In this document: one piece after another, positions 1-9,599 of the stretch
Position numbering within the stretch: the stretch's first letter is position 1
Layout of the letters: each line of letters begins with the position of its first letter
Assembly: GCA_963793305.1 (NCBI GenBank)
Contig: CAWBZV010000003.1
Span: 1,088,001-1,152,000, forward strand
From: an uncultured Gemmatimonadales bacterium
Lineage (GTDB): Bacteria > Gemmatimonadota > Gemmatimonadetes > Gemmatimonadales > Gemmatimonadaceae
Direction of reading: 5' to 3'
Length of the DNA: 64,000 nucleotides
Notes under the pieces: generated by a model
What the model saw: the letters and a program-made list of their open reading frames with translations, nothing else
Database searches by the model: none
What the model was told of the DNA's origin: nothing
Translations under genes and position numbers: made by a program

Positions 1-1
1 C

Positions 2-460
2 GCCACGGCAACCGAAGTCAGTGGGCTCTTTTCCGGATCATTGGACTTCATCACGAACAAGAAAGACTTTGATTTCCAGATACAGTTATACGAGCTCACA
101 CCAAAGGGCGAATACGTTCAACTCGCACCCTACTGGTCCCGCGCGAGTTATGTCGGTGACCTCAGCCAGCGGCGCCTGTTGACTCCCGGGAAGCGAACGC
201 ATCTCGAGTTCACCAGCGGCCGCCTCATGAGCCGCCAGATGGAGCCCGGCAGCCGGATTGTCATCGTGCTCAGCATTCTCAAGTCGCCAGGGCAACAGAT
301 CAATTTCGGAACGGGAAAGGACGTCAATGACGAAACAGTCGCTGACGGAAAGGAGCCGCTCACAATCCAGTGGTTCGGCGACAGCTTTATTGACGTGCCA
401 GTGAGTCCAGCACGGTCGTCAACCGCGTCCACGGAGTCGCCGCCACGTGCATCCCGATGA
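2..460 (+). CDS. C-terminal part of a CocE/NonD (X-Pro dipeptidyl-peptidase-like) family hydrolase, truncated by window start
   Basis: Open frame from window start; resembles the PepX/CocE C-terminal domain (DFQIQLYELTPKGEY...RASY...LTPGK...PGSRIVIVL). Confidence 0.65.
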   Translation, partial: ATATEVSGLFSGSLDFITNKKDFDFQIQLYELTPKGEYVQLAPYWSRASYVGDLSQRRLLTPGKRTHLEFTSGRLMSRQMEPGSRIVIVLSILKSPGQQINFGTGKDVNDETVADGKEPLTIQWFGDSFIDVPVSPARSSTASTESPPRASR

Positions 461-1817
461 ACGTTTCCGGCGTCAACCCCTCTCGCGTCACGGCGTTGAC
501 GACCTCGATCGCGGTCTGCGGGAACGAGAGGCCAGTGGGATAGAGCTGGATCCCCTCGGCCGTATACACGATGTGCCGGTTGGGCAGATAGACCATGAGC
601 ATGCGGTCGAGCTGCTCGGTGTGAAACGGGATCAGCTCGATCGCATTCTCCCCGCTGCCCAGTAGCGTCCGAGCGCTCACCGACCGGATCACCGGCGTCC
701 GCGGCGCGCGGGCCAGGCTATCGGGCGCGAACGTATGTGGCGCCTTCGCCCGCTCCGTGACGACGCGCACGTTGCGGTCGAGCACGTAGACGGGAATGCC
801 CCGAGCGATGTACTCGCGTAGTCCGGCGACGTGCCACCAGAAATCGGTCGTCGAGATCACGCCCTTGATCGGTAGCCCAGGGAATACTCGTCCGGCTTCG
901 TCGATTACCTGGCGCGAGTAGCCGGCTGAGATCGGCGCTTCGATGATGACCACGCCGTCGCTCTGCCGCACGAGAGTGGAGTTCCACGCGCCGACGATCT
1001 GCACGACGCCCGGCGCGATCTCGCGCGCTCCTCGACCGGCGGCAGTCTCCGTCACCCCACCGGCTCCGCCAATGCCGAGCGGCACGGAATCCGCTGCCAG
1101 GCAACCGAACCCGCACGTTTTCGCCGGGGCGAATGCCTCAGCCGGTGGCGTTGCGTTGACGCGCACCAGTCCGTAGCTCACGGTCGTCTCGTGACGCCCA
1201 TTGCGATCGGTGTCGATCTGGCGCGGATACCAGATCCCGGTCGGCTCGACGCTCCAGTCGGAGAAGCGCACCACCTCCGTCACGTCACCCCATGCGTTCC
1301 AAAACACGCTCGTCGGATACGCTCGGCGCACTTCGATCATGCGCAGCATGCCGGTCTCCGACTCGAAGAAAAGTCGTACCCGCGACCGCCCGACGTGAAA
1401 TGCCACGACTTGGTGGGTGACCAACCGGAACACCGTGTCCCGCTCGCGGTGCAAGTCCGCCGCGTGGAGCGCGGTCCACAAGACGTGCTCGGGGGCCAGC
1501 ACCATCGCCAGGGTATCGGTCGACGTGGCCTGCCGCGTGTAACTCGACGTGTCCGCCGGCTCGGAGTAGGCCGTCGTGCGAGCCCACCGTCGCGTCGCCG
1601 CGACGTCCCGCCAGTCATCGACCGTGTAGTAATCGACGAAGTACGGGCCATCGAACCACTCGGAGTCACCAACGTGATACTGGCTGCCCCGGCCGACGAG
1701 CTCCAATGTCTTGACCGCGTGCCAGCGATCGTCGCCGCCGATGGCCGTTATCGCGCGGTGCACGATGCTGTCGGCCGGCTGGGCGAGGGCGAAGGCAAGC
1801 ATCAACACGGGAAGCAT
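387..1817 (-). CDS. Secreted protein with C-terminal metallo-beta-lactamase-like fold (degenerate metal motif)
   Basis: Signal peptide MLPVLMLAFALAQ; EIAPGV...NSTLVRQSDGVVIIEAP...STTDFWWHVAGLR...GMH pattern; start set at ATG 1817. Confidence 0.7.
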   Translation of the reverse strand: MLPVLMLAFALAQPADSIVHRAITAIGGDDRWHAVKTLELVGRGSQYHVGDSEWFDGPYFVDYYTVDDWRDVAATRRWARTTAYSEPADTSSYTRQATSTDTLAMVLAPEHVLWTALHAADLHRERDTVFRLVTHQVVAFHVGRSRVRLFFESETGMLRMIEVRRAYPTSVFWNAWGDVTEVVRFSDWSVEPTGIWYPRQIDTDRNGRHETTVSYGLVRVNATPPAEAFAPAKTCGFGCLAADSVPLGIGGAGGVTETAAGRGAREIAPGVVQIVGAWNSTLVRQSDGVVIIEAPISAGYSRQVIDEAGRVFPGLPIKGVISTTDFWWHVAGLREYIARGIPVYVLDRNVRVVTERAKAPHTFAPDSLARAPRTPVIRSVSARTLLGSGENAIELIPFHTEQLDRMLMVYLPNRHIVYTAEGIQLYPTGLSFPQTAIEVVNAVTREGLTPETFIGMHVAATPWTRLTTVLDSLARQ

Positions 1818-1852
1818 CCTCCCACGGTATCGCCGTGTCGTACCTGACCAGA

Positions 1853-1931
1853 ACAATATTCAGGGGATGCGGCGCGGGTCGCGGCGACTCGCGTACGCCG
1901 TGCCGCGAAGCGGCCGCCGCACACGGCGAAC
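1853..1931 (-). promoter_or_regulatory. Putative LytTR-activated promoter: three direct repeats at 21-bp period plus -10 TATTGT
   Basis: C(G/C)GCGA cores at 1882, 1903 and 1924, next to a LytS/LytTR pair. Confidence 0.55.
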
Positions 1932-1971
1932 GCGAGTGGCTCTTATCCGGGCCCGGTCGCAGATTAGTTGC

Positions 1972-2988
1972 ATGCGGCGAAGGGCAATAACGGCGCTCTG
2001 GATCGCCGGTGCATGCGCCACCGTCGGATTGCTGTCGGGCGTACACCAGTACTACACGGGTATCGCCGAGGGCGAGTCCAACGTTGTCTGGAGCGACACG
2101 TTGGTCCGACAGCTGGTCTACTGGTTCGCCTGGGGCGCGATCATGCCCCTGATCCTGTGGCTCACGAGCCGGCCACGGGTCGTAGTCCTCGTCCTCGCCG
2201 CCGTGCCGATCTGCGTCGCGCGAGTGGCGGCGGCCTACGCGATCCGCCGGCTGTTCGTACCCGGGCTGGCCCTCGAGCCACACGGGTTCGTGCTCTACAC
2301 CCGCGCCTGGCTGCGCATCGATCTCATCACGTACACTGCGGTGGTCTCGGCGATGGTCGCGGTCGGGCACTGGCGCAGGGGGCGAGAAGCCGAGGTGCAG
2401 CTGTCGGAGGCGCGACTGCGCGCGCTGCAGATGCAAATCCATCCGCATTTCCTGTTCAACACGTTGAACACGATCGCGATGCTGATCCGCACCGCGAACC
2501 CTGCCCGCGCCCTGACCGTGCTGGCCGAGCTCGGCGATCTGCTGCGGCAGATGCTCGATGACGACCCGGGGCTCGAGGTGCCGCTGCGCGAGGAGTTGCG
2601 ATTCCTCGAGGGGTACCTCGGGATCGAGCGCGCGCGGTTCTCCGACCGGTTGCGCGTGACGATGACAGTCGAGCCGCAGGCGCTCGACGCGCACGTGCCG
2701 CGATTCGTGCTGCAGCCGCTGGTCGAGAACGCGATTCGCCACGGCATCGCCAAGCGAGTCGCCAGCGGCGTCCTCACGATCACCGGCGCGCGCGCCGGGT
2801 CGAGTCTGTCGCTGGTGGTCTCCGACGATGGTCCGGGTCCCGCGGTCGACTCGTCCGATGGCGTGGGGCTCGCCAACACTCGGGAACGCCTCCGGCATCT
2901 CTACGGAGACGAGGCTGTTCTCTCGCTGACCCAGGCGCCCGGCGGAGGCGCGGTGGCCAGTATTACACTCCCGTGGCACACGTCCTGA
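1972..2988 (+). CDS. LytS/YehU-family sensor histidine kinase
   Basis: N-terminal TM helices; LRALQMQIHPHFLFNTLNTI H-box; LQPLVENAIRHG; DDGPG; GVGLANTRERL. Confidence 0.93.
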   Translation: MRRRAITALWIAGACATVGLLSGVHQYYTGIAEGESNVVWSDTLVRQLVYWFAWGAIMPLILWLTSRPRVVVLVLAAVPICVARVAAAYAIRRLFVPGLALEPHGFVLYTRAWLRIDLITYTAVVSAMVAVGHWRRGREAEVQLSEARLRALQMQIHPHFLFNTLNTIAMLIRTANPARALTVLAELGDLLRQMLDDDPGLEVPLREELRFLEGYLGIERARFSDRLRVTMTVEPQALDAHVPRFVLQPLVENAIRHGIAKRVASGVLTITGARAGSSLSLVVSDDGPGPAVDSSDGVGLANTRERLRHLYGDEAVLSLTQAPGGGAVASITLPWHTS

Positions 2989-3725
2989 AAGTCGTCGTCG
3001 TCGACGATGAGCCGATCGCCCGCGAGGGGCTCCGCGCGCTGCTGGCGGCCGACCGCAACGTCGAGGTGATCGCCGAGTGCGGCGACGGCGCGAGCGCGGT
3101 CGAGACGATCCGGCGGACTCGGCCCGATATCGTATTTCTCGACGTGCAGATGCCGGATGTCGATGGGTTCGACGTCCTCCGCGCGCTGGCGGGCGAGCCA
3201 CTGCCCGCGGTGGTGTTCGTGACGGCGTACGACAAGTACGCCCTGCGGGCGTTCGACGTCCACGCGGTGGACTATCTGCTCAAGCCATTTCATGACGAGC
3301 GGTTCGCCGAGGCGCTCGCCAGAGCGAAGGCTCGCCGTGGCGAGGATATGACCGGCCGAATCACGCGGCTCCTCGACGAGCGGAAGCCGAAGGTGATGCG
3401 CGTGCTCGTCAAGACCGGCGGCCGCGTGTTGTTCTTGAGGGCCGACGAGATCGACTGGATCGAGGCGGCCGATTATTACGTGAAGCTGCACATCGCCGGC
3501 AAAGTGCACATGCTGCGCGAGTCGATGGCCGCGCTCGAGGCGCGGCTCGACCCCGAGGTGTTCTTCCGCGTGCACCGGTCCGCGATCGTGAACCTGGAGC
3601 GCGTCCGCGAGCTCCAGCCGTACTCGCGCCGCGAGCACGTGCTCGTCCTGCGCGACGGCACGCGATTGCGGCTGACGCGAAGCCGCCGCGAGCGCTTGGC
3701 CGCGCTCCTTGGCCAACGACTATGA
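2973..3725 (+). CDS. LytR/AlgR-family response regulator
   Basis: REC domain (VVDDE, FLDVQMP, FVTAY, YLLKP) plus LytTR domain (FFRVHRSAIVNL). Confidence 0.95.
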   Translation: MAHVLKVVVVDDEPIAREGLRALLAADRNVEVIAECGDGASAVETIRRTRPDIVFLDVQMPDVDGFDVLRALAGEPLPAVVFVTAYDKYALRAFDVHAVDYLLKPFHDERFAEALARAKARRGEDMTGRITRLLDERKPKVMRVLVKTGGRVLFLRADEIDWIEAADYYVKLHIAGKVHMLRESMAALEARLDPEVFFRVHRSAIVNLERVRELQPYSRREHVLVLRDGTRLRLTRSRRERLAALLGQRL

Positions 3726-4588
3726 GAATCGGCGCGTTCTGGGCATGCATCGCGCTCTTTGTGCAGCCCGCGGCCGGCACGGTGTTCCGAGACTGTCGGG
3801 AATGTCCCGAGATGGTCGTCGTGCCCACGGGGACGTTCGTCATCGGGTCCTCGGCGGCCGAGAAAGCGTGGGCCGCGAGTCACGGGACGACCATGGGATC
3901 GGTCGCCGACGAGGAGCCGCGGCTTTCGGTTTCGCTGCGCGCCTTTGCCTTGGCCAAGTACAATGTCACCCGAGGCGAGTACGCCGCCTTCGTGCGGGAG
4001 ACCGGACGTGCAACCTTTAGCGGCTGCGGCCATGACGGCTACCCGTGGGTCCTGGACAGCGCGTTGAACTGGGAACGGCCCGGGTTCACGCAGAGCGACC
4101 GCGACCCGGTCGTGTGCGTGAGCTGGAACGATGCGCGTGCCTACGTCGCTTGGTTGAACAGCAAGGTCCATGGGTCAGCCTACCGATTGCCGAGCGAGAC
4201 CGAGTGGGAGTACGCCGCACGCGGCGGGACGAGCACGTGGTTCTGGTGGGGCGACGATGATAGCGGGGCGACCCGGCACGCATGGTACAAGGACAACGCA
4301 GACGGCCACACCCATCCCGTTGGTTCGTGGCCCGCAAATGGTTTCGGTCTGTACGATATGGTCGGTGACGTGTGGCAGTGGACGGCGGACTGCTACGCGG
4401 ACTATGCCAAGAATCCCGCCGATGGAACGCCGGTGGACCCGGGCACCAGTTGCCTGAAGGGCTGGCGCGTCGATCGCGGCGGCTCATGGTTGCATCGCAC
4501 GTGGATGCTCCGTCCGGCGACACGCGAACGGAAGCCCGACGACTTTCGCGATCGGACCATGGGATTCCGCGTCGCCAAGACGCTCTAA
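3722..4588 (+). CDS. Secreted formylglycine-generating-enzyme (SUMF1) fold protein
   Basis: CPEMVVVP, PVVCVSWNDA, RLPSETEWEYAARGG, NGFGLYDMVG, RGGSW, GFRV; ATGA overlap with the regulator; lacks the FGE catalytic Cys pair. Confidence 0.88.
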   Translation: MRIGAFWACIALFVQPAAGTVFRDCRECPEMVVVPTGTFVIGSSAAEKAWAASHGTTMGSVADEEPRLSVSLRAFALAKYNVTRGEYAAFVRETGRATFSGCGHDGYPWVLDSALNWERPGFTQSDRDPVVCVSWNDARAYVAWLNSKVHGSAYRLPSETEWEYAARGGTSTWFWWGDDDSGATRHAWYKDNADGHTHPVGSWPANGFGLYDMVGDVWQWTADCYADYAKNPADGTPVDPGTSCLKGWRVDRGGSWLHRTWMLRPATRERKPDDFRDRTMGFRVAKTL

Positions 4589-4595
4589 AGCGGAC

Positions 4596-5111
4596 CTACT
4601 GCAACTGCGGAACGCTGCGGGCGAGGCCCTGCCGCATCATTTCCTTGTTCTTATCCGTGAGCATTTTGCCCGGCGGGGACGTGGCGAGCCCGCCGCCGCC
4701 GTTCTGTCCATGGAGCTCGGTGTTCCCCAAGCCCGTTCGGTTGTGCAGAGACTCGTGGAACGCGAGCCGCCCGTACGCGTCGTCCTTCACCATGCTTGGC
4801 TTGCCGCCGATCACCATGTGCTTGTAAAACTCCGAGCCGGTCACGTGATTGCGCGTTCGCGTATGCCCGCCGGCATCGCCACGGATCGCCGCGCCGGGCC
4901 ACTGCGCTTCGATGTACGAACCATCGATGTCGGGCACGAAATGCAGGATCAGTGTATCCGAGGGGTCGCTGTCTCCCCAGGAGACAGTCGCGCCATCGCT
5001 CGTGCCCTGAAAGGCTTGCGTGAACAGGGTCTGAATTGCCGTCTGCAGCCTTTTCTTCAGATTATCGGATGAGCTCGTGTGGTCGACGAGCTTGACGGTA
5101 TAGTTGGCCAT
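4596..5111 (-). CDS. Hypothetical protein with HExxH zinc-metalloprotease-like motif
   Basis: 171-aa ORF; LAFHESLHN...ELH. Confidence 0.6.
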   Translation of the reverse strand: MANYTVKLVDHTSSSDNLKKRLQTAIQTLFTQAFQGTSDGATVSWGDSDPSDTLILHFVPDIDGSYIEAQWPGAAIRGDAGGHTRTRNHVTGSEFYKHMVIGGKPSMVKDDAYGRLAFHESLHNRTGLGNTELHGQNGGGGLATSPPGKMLTDKNKEMMRQGLARSVPQLQ

Positions 5112-5133
5112 GATCCACCATAGCTAGGGTACC

Positions 5134-8052
5134 TCATCTTGCGTCGAGCTTCCGCCCCGCGTTCAGGTTGTCGAAGTTCAGCATCGCGTTGTACACGAGG
5201 AAGTACGAGCCGACGGTCTCACCTCTATAAATCGGATTTATCGCGAACAAGATGACATGCCCCTTTTCGACGGGCACGTCGACGACCATCGGGTGCTCGG
5301 CGATCTCGCCGCCGCCGTCGAGCAGGCCCGACACGAGCAGCGATTTCTTGTCCGCGAACCGGAGCGCGACGCGCGGGCGCTGGTCGGGCGGGATGATGTT
5401 GACGGGCCGGCGTTCCTGTTCCTCGGTAATCGGCGCGGCCATCCACGCCTCGGTCGTCGGCGCGGGGATCGCCGCATTCGCCGTGTCCATCGCGGGGCGA
5501 CCTTGGACTACGTCAGGATCATCTGCCGTCCCGCGCCCTGTGCCACGGGCGCTGTCGCCACCAAAGCGCCGGAACCGGGATCCACGGACGTTCGAGAGCC
5601 CGAAGCTCTCGCCTTGCTCCGTGTAGACGGCGAGCCCATCGTGAATGCCATAGGTGATCGGGCTGGCATCGTCGACGATCTTGGTTCTCAGCACACTCCC
5701 GACCACATGGCCATGGGGTGGGTCATTCACGAAGACGCCATTCGTGAGGCCATACTGGGTCGCGAGGTCCGTGAACGAGCCCGCGGTGACGACCACGCCA
5801 CCTTTGGCCACGAAGTTTTGCAAGTGCGCCAGGCCTTGCCAGCCGAGTCCGGGGCGGATGTCATCGGTCTCGGCCCACGTGCCGATGTTGGGCGTCAGCG
5901 TCGTGTGCTTCCACGGCATCGGGTTCCGCCACATCGGAAGCCCCTCGATGATCGAGGTGACGCTCGCGTCTGATGGCGGCAGCAGGATCACGTCATACTT
6001 GGTGCTCAGATCCGGTTCTTTGGCGACCTCCTGGGTGCTGATATACGCGTACGGGATCTCGGCGAAATCCAACGTCTGGCGCCACCATCCTTCGTCTTGC
6101 GTATCGAGCCACGTGTGCACGAGGGCGACGCGGGCCGCGCGAGCCGGGTGCGTCTTCACCGCCGGCGCCGCCGGAACCGCGTATGCCGTCAGGCCGAGTG
6201 ATTTCAAGGCATCGGCGAGGCCGGGCGCGTTTTTCACGATGAACGAGCCGCGGTTGAACGCTTTCCCGGATACGCGAAATGTGTCCTCGGCGACCGCGAT
6301 GTCAGCGGTTTTCAACCGATACCGCAACGTCACCAGCGCATTGTCGCCATTGTGATTGATCACATACGTGGCGCCAGAACCTACAATGCCACCGGGCGCG
6401 TGGATGGTATCGGTCACCTTCTGGTTGGCGACATTGAGCACCGCGGGATCGGTCACGCGAACGGCTTCGACCGCGAAGAGCTCGGGGAAGGTCCACCCGG
6501 TGTCGTCATACGGCGTCTTTTGCGGATCGCTCGGGCTCCAGTACTGGTAGTCGAGCAACGCGTCAGCGATGCGCGAGTAGGGCTGGTCCATGCGGACGAT
6601 GTAGCTGCCCGAGGGGAACGTGCGCGTGGTATCGCCTTTGGTCTTATGGACGGACACCGTGAACGCGCCAGTCGAGCGGGCAATTTCTACGTGCTGCTTC
6701 TGCAGAACGCGCAGCAGCTCGGCCTGTGTGCCTGCCCGCGGATCGTCAGCCGGCAGGACGTACGCGGCGGGCCCTTCGTTGTGAGCCTTGAGGATCGACC
6801 GCTTGCTCTTCTCGTAGTAGTTCTCGAGAAACTGATGCCGGTTGTTGGCGAAATAGCTGAGTGAGACCAGCAGCCCGGTCTCTTCATAGTTGTTGTTATC
6901 CCGCATCGACCACTTCACCCGCGGCAGCGGCGGATTCTGCCGATACCACGTCCGGATGGTCTCACTCGGGTCGAGCGTTCGCTCCTCGGTCTCCGGCATA
7001 GCATTGCCGAACGTCTCGTACAGACGGCTGATGCCATTGTGCGTGGCCGCCATGAACATGAGGTAGCCGGGCGACCACGTGTCGAAGTCGCCGTGCGCGA
7101 ACACGCCAGGCATCCCGAACCGCGTCATCTCCTGCACGTTGTTCCAACCGATCATCTGCCACTCGTTCGTGAGCAGCGGATCGAGCCAGGCGTTGTACGG
7201 TCCGTCTCCCACGGTGTTGTCGTAGAGATACGGGACGGACTCGTGGAGGTCATGCAAAACTTGCGCATGCCAGTCCAGGTACGTGTTCAACACGTTTTGC
7301 GACAGCTTGAGCGTCAACGCCATGGCGTCGCGATTGTTGTCGTGGGCGACGTAATGGCCCCAATACAGCAAGCCGGGATACGTCTCACCGGGATGCGCGG
7401 CGTGCCAGCGCGAGAGATCGACCATGCGATCGCGTCCATCGACCTCGACGATCGGCGTGATCAACGTGATCAGATGATCCCGGATGTTCTTGACATAGGG
7501 CCCTTCGTCGACCGCGAGCCGATACGCCAGCTCCATGAGCGCTGACGGCGCCCCGGATTCGGTCGAGTGGATCGTGCCGGTGATGTAGTAAATCGGTGTC
7601 GTCGAGTCGACGAGCGCGGCCGCGCAATGGTCGTCCATGCCGATCGTGCGCGGATCGCCGAGCTGCGCGAGTCGTGCCCGATTCGCGTCGAGGCTGGCCA
7701 TGAGCGCCTCCGACGCCACGGCGACGGCGACCATCTCGCGGCCTTCCTCGGTCTTGCCGATCGAGAACACGCGCACGCGCGGCGTGGCGGCCGCGAGCTT
7801 GCGCATGTACGCGTACACGTCCGTCGAATACGGAAGTTTGGACGGCGAGCCGGCGATGTCACCGAGGACGGATTGCGGGGTCGGGACCGTCGACGAGGCC
7901 GGGAGATAGTCCACGAGTGGCGACGTGAAGAACGGCGCCGTCGTGTACTCGCGGATTTTCTTGGTGTAGGCCGAGTCGATCGGCTGAGCCGCGGCGTGCA
8001 ATGTCACGGCGGCCGTGAGGGCGAGGACAGCGGGGAGGAAGAGTCGCGACAT
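5134..8052 (-). CDS. Secreted M14-family zinc carboxypeptidase
   Basis: Signal peptide; IGKTEEGR, IHSTE (HxxE), DNNRD, DLHE motifs. Confidence 0.9.
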   Translation of the reverse strand: MSRLFLPAVLALTAAVTLHAAAQPIDSAYTKKIREYTTAPFFTSPLVDYLPASSTVPTPQSVLGDIAGSPSKLPYSTDVYAYMRKLAAATPRVRVFSIGKTEEGREMVAVAVASEALMASLDANRARLAQLGDPRTIGMDDHCAAALVDSTTPIYYITGTIHSTESGAPSALMELAYRLAVDEGPYVKNIRDHLITLITPIVEVDGRDRMVDLSRWHAAHPGETYPGLLYWGHYVAHDNNRDAMALTLKLSQNVLNTYLDWHAQVLHDLHESVPYLYDNTVGDGPYNAWLDPLLTNEWQMIGWNNVQEMTRFGMPGVFAHGDFDTWSPGYLMFMAATHNGISRLYETFGNAMPETEERTLDPSETIRTWYRQNPPLPRVKWSMRDNNNYEETGLLVSLSYFANNRHQFLENYYEKSKRSILKAHNEGPAAYVLPADDPRAGTQAELLRVLQKQHVEIARSTGAFTVSVHKTKGDTTRTFPSGSYIVRMDQPYSRIADALLDYQYWSPSDPQKTPYDDTGWTFPELFAVEAVRVTDPAVLNVANQKVTDTIHAPGGIVGSGATYVINHNGDNALVTLRYRLKTADIAVAEDTFRVSGKAFNRGSFIVKNAPGLADALKSLGLTAYAVPAAPAVKTHPARAARVALVHTWLDTQDEGWWRQTLDFAEIPYAYISTQEVAKEPDLSTKYDVILLPPSDASVTSIIEGLPMWRNPMPWKHTTLTPNIGTWAETDDIRPGLGWQGLAHLQNFVAKGGVVVTAGSFTDLATQYGLTNGVFVNDPPHGHVVGSVLRTKIVDDASPITYGIHDGLAVYTEQGESFGLSNVRGSRFRRFGGDSARGTGRGTADDPDVVQGRPAMDTANAAIPAPTTEAWMAAPITEEQERRPVNIIPPDQRPRVALRFADKKSLLVSGLLDGGGEIAEHPMVVDVPVEKGHVILFAINPIYRGETVGSYFLVYNAMLNFDNLNAGRKLDAR

Positions 8053-8086
8053 GGCGACAATGTACACCAGCCCGCTAGCATTCGAC

Positions 8087-8356
8087 ATGTGCCGGAACAT
8101 CAAGGTTCTTTACAACTTCGATCCGCCCACGACGGACAATGAGGTGCGGGCGGCATCCCTGCAGTTCGTACGGAAAGTGAGCGGTTTCTCGAAGCCGTCG
8201 AAAGCGAATGAGGCGGTGTTTCTGCAGGCAATCGACGAGATCGCGAGTGTCACGAGCCGTCTCCTGCACTCGCTCGAGACGCAAGCGCCGCCGAAGAGCC
8301 GGGAAGAGGAGGCCGCCAAGGCGAAGGCCCGGGCGGCCACCCGATTCGGGACCTAG
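8087..8356 (+). CDS. DUF2277 family protein
   Basis: MCRNIKVLYNFDPPTTDNEVRAASLQFVRKVSG signature. Confidence 0.88.
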   Translation: MCRNIKVLYNFDPPTTDNEVRAASLQFVRKVSGFSKPSKANEAVFLQAIDEIASVTSRLLHSLETQAPPKSREEEAAKAKARAATRFGT

Positions 8357-8877
8357 CGACTCCCCGGCGGGATCACGTTGTTCATGCGCAGATATTCGAT
8401 CATCTGCCCGTAGTGGTCCATTGCGTGGATGAGCGCTTCCTCGGCGAGCCCGAGGCGCGTCGCGTTGTTGATGAGCGGGGACTGCGGCGTGCCAGCGATC
8501 ACGGCGTTGCCCTCGTCGATGGTCGCCGCCGCCCGGTGGAGGGCAGCATACGACCCCCGCACATAGGCAACGATCTGCTCCTTCGTGCGGACGGTATCGG
8601 GCCCTTGCTCATCGCCAGCATCAACCGGCGGCGATTCCCCGAGCATCGCCGAGGCCGCGATGTAGTTGAACGCGGCGAGATGTTTCGCTTGTTCGCCAAA
8701 CGTCCGGACGTGATTGAACTCGCCGGCCGTCGGCGTGAACGAGTACTTCACGGCGGGCATCGCCTCGATCACGGCGATCATTTGCTTCTCTTGCTGGCTG
8801 ATCCAGTAGTCGGTCACTCGACTCGACGGGAGATGCGGTGGCTGGAGCAGCGCGAACATGAATACGAGATATGTCAT
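8353..8877 (-). CDS. Secreted DinB/YfiT-family protein
   Basis: AMPAVKYSFTP...RTFGEQAKHLA...HAMDHYGQMIEYLRMNNVIPP. Confidence 0.85.
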   Translation of the reverse strand: MTYLVFMFALLQPPHLPSSRVTDYWISQQEKQMIAVIEAMPAVKYSFTPTAGEFNHVRTFGEQAKHLAAFNYIAASAMLGESPPVDAGDEQGPDTVRTKEQIVAYVRGSYAALHRAAATIDEGNAVIAGTPQSPLINNATRLGLAEEALIHAMDHYGQMIEYLRMNNVIPPGSR

Positions 8878-8883
8878 GGTCGC

Positions 8884-8914
8884 ATGCTACCACTTCAAGC
8901 GCACTTGAAGTCAA
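8884..8914 (-). promoter_or_regulatory. MerR/SoxR-type promoter-operator of the DinB gene
   Basis: TTGACT-19 bp-TAGCAT with dyad ACTTCAAG-n4-CTTGAAGT (8892-8911). Confidence 0.85.
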
Positions 8915-9300
8915 GCCCGTCGCGGCCGCACACACTCCGCGAGCTGCACGCACTGGCACGTGAGCAGCTTCTGCAGCAGGTCCCGCATATGCTCCGCCCG
9001 TTCGATCAGCGCGTTGACGTCCTCGAGCTTCCGCGTCGCCATAGTCTGCCATCGCGCCGACGCCGGCGTGGCCCGGTCGAACCCATTCATTAAGCGCCGG
9101 ATCTCGGCCATCGAGAACCCGGCGCTTTTCGCCAGCTGGATCAACTTGAGCACGTGTATCGCGCTCGCGTCATACACACGCCGCCCGTTGACGCGCGTCG
9201 GCGGTGCCAACAGCCCGACGCTCTCGTAATAGCGCAACGCCGACGTTCGCATGCCGGCCTGTCGCGCCAGATCTCCGATCGTGAGCTTGACTTCAAGCAT
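8911..9300 (-). CDS. MerR-family regulator, SoxR-like
   Basis: LTIGDLAR...SALRYYES.GLL...R.NGRRVY HTH; C-terminal CxCx5C. Confidence 0.88.
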   Translation of the reverse strand: MLEVKLTIGDLARQAGMRTSALRYYESVGLLAPPTRVNGRRVYDASAIHVLKLIQLAKSAGFSMAEIRRLMNGFDRATPASARWQTMATRKLEDVNALIERAEHMRDLLQKLLTCQCVQLAECVRPRRA

Positions 9301-9317
9301 ACTTGAAGAGTTATGCT
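9287..9317 (+). promoter_or_regulatory. Second MerR/SoxR-type promoter-operator
   Basis: TTGACT-19 bp-TATGCT with dyad CTTCAAG-CATA-CTTGAAG (9291-9308); ATG at 9324. Confidence 0.85.
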
Positions 9318-9323
9318 GCACAC

Positions 9324-9599
9324 ATGGACCCGCAACTCTTCTGCACCGATCTGGGTCGCGCCCCGGAAGTAAAAAACATTCTCAGCAAAGCCACCGGCCG
9401 ACGCCAGACTGATGATGGCGTCATCGTCGAGTTCCCGGACGACGACGCGACGGCCCGCACGCTGCTCGAATTCGTGTTGGCCGAGCGACGCTGCTGCGCA
9501 TCTTTCAGTTACGAGATCGGATTCTCACCGCGGCTCACGCTCAGACTGCGCGCGAGCGGCGTATACCTAGTGCCGCTCAAGGCTTTGTACGGCCTGTAG
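9324..9599 (+). CDS. Small Cys-containing MerR-associated hypothetical protein
   Basis: FCT and ERRCCASF motifs; directly follows a MerR promoter. Confidence 0.7.
   Translation: MDPQLFCTDLGRAPEVKNILSKATGRRQTDDGVIVEFPDDDATARTLLEFVLAERRCCASFSYEIGFSPRLTLRLRASGVYLVPLKALYGL

Noticed and set aside
3722..4588. Calling this a true formylglycine-generating enzyme
   Set aside because: Lacks the CxxxxC after RGGS and no sulfatase gene is adjacent
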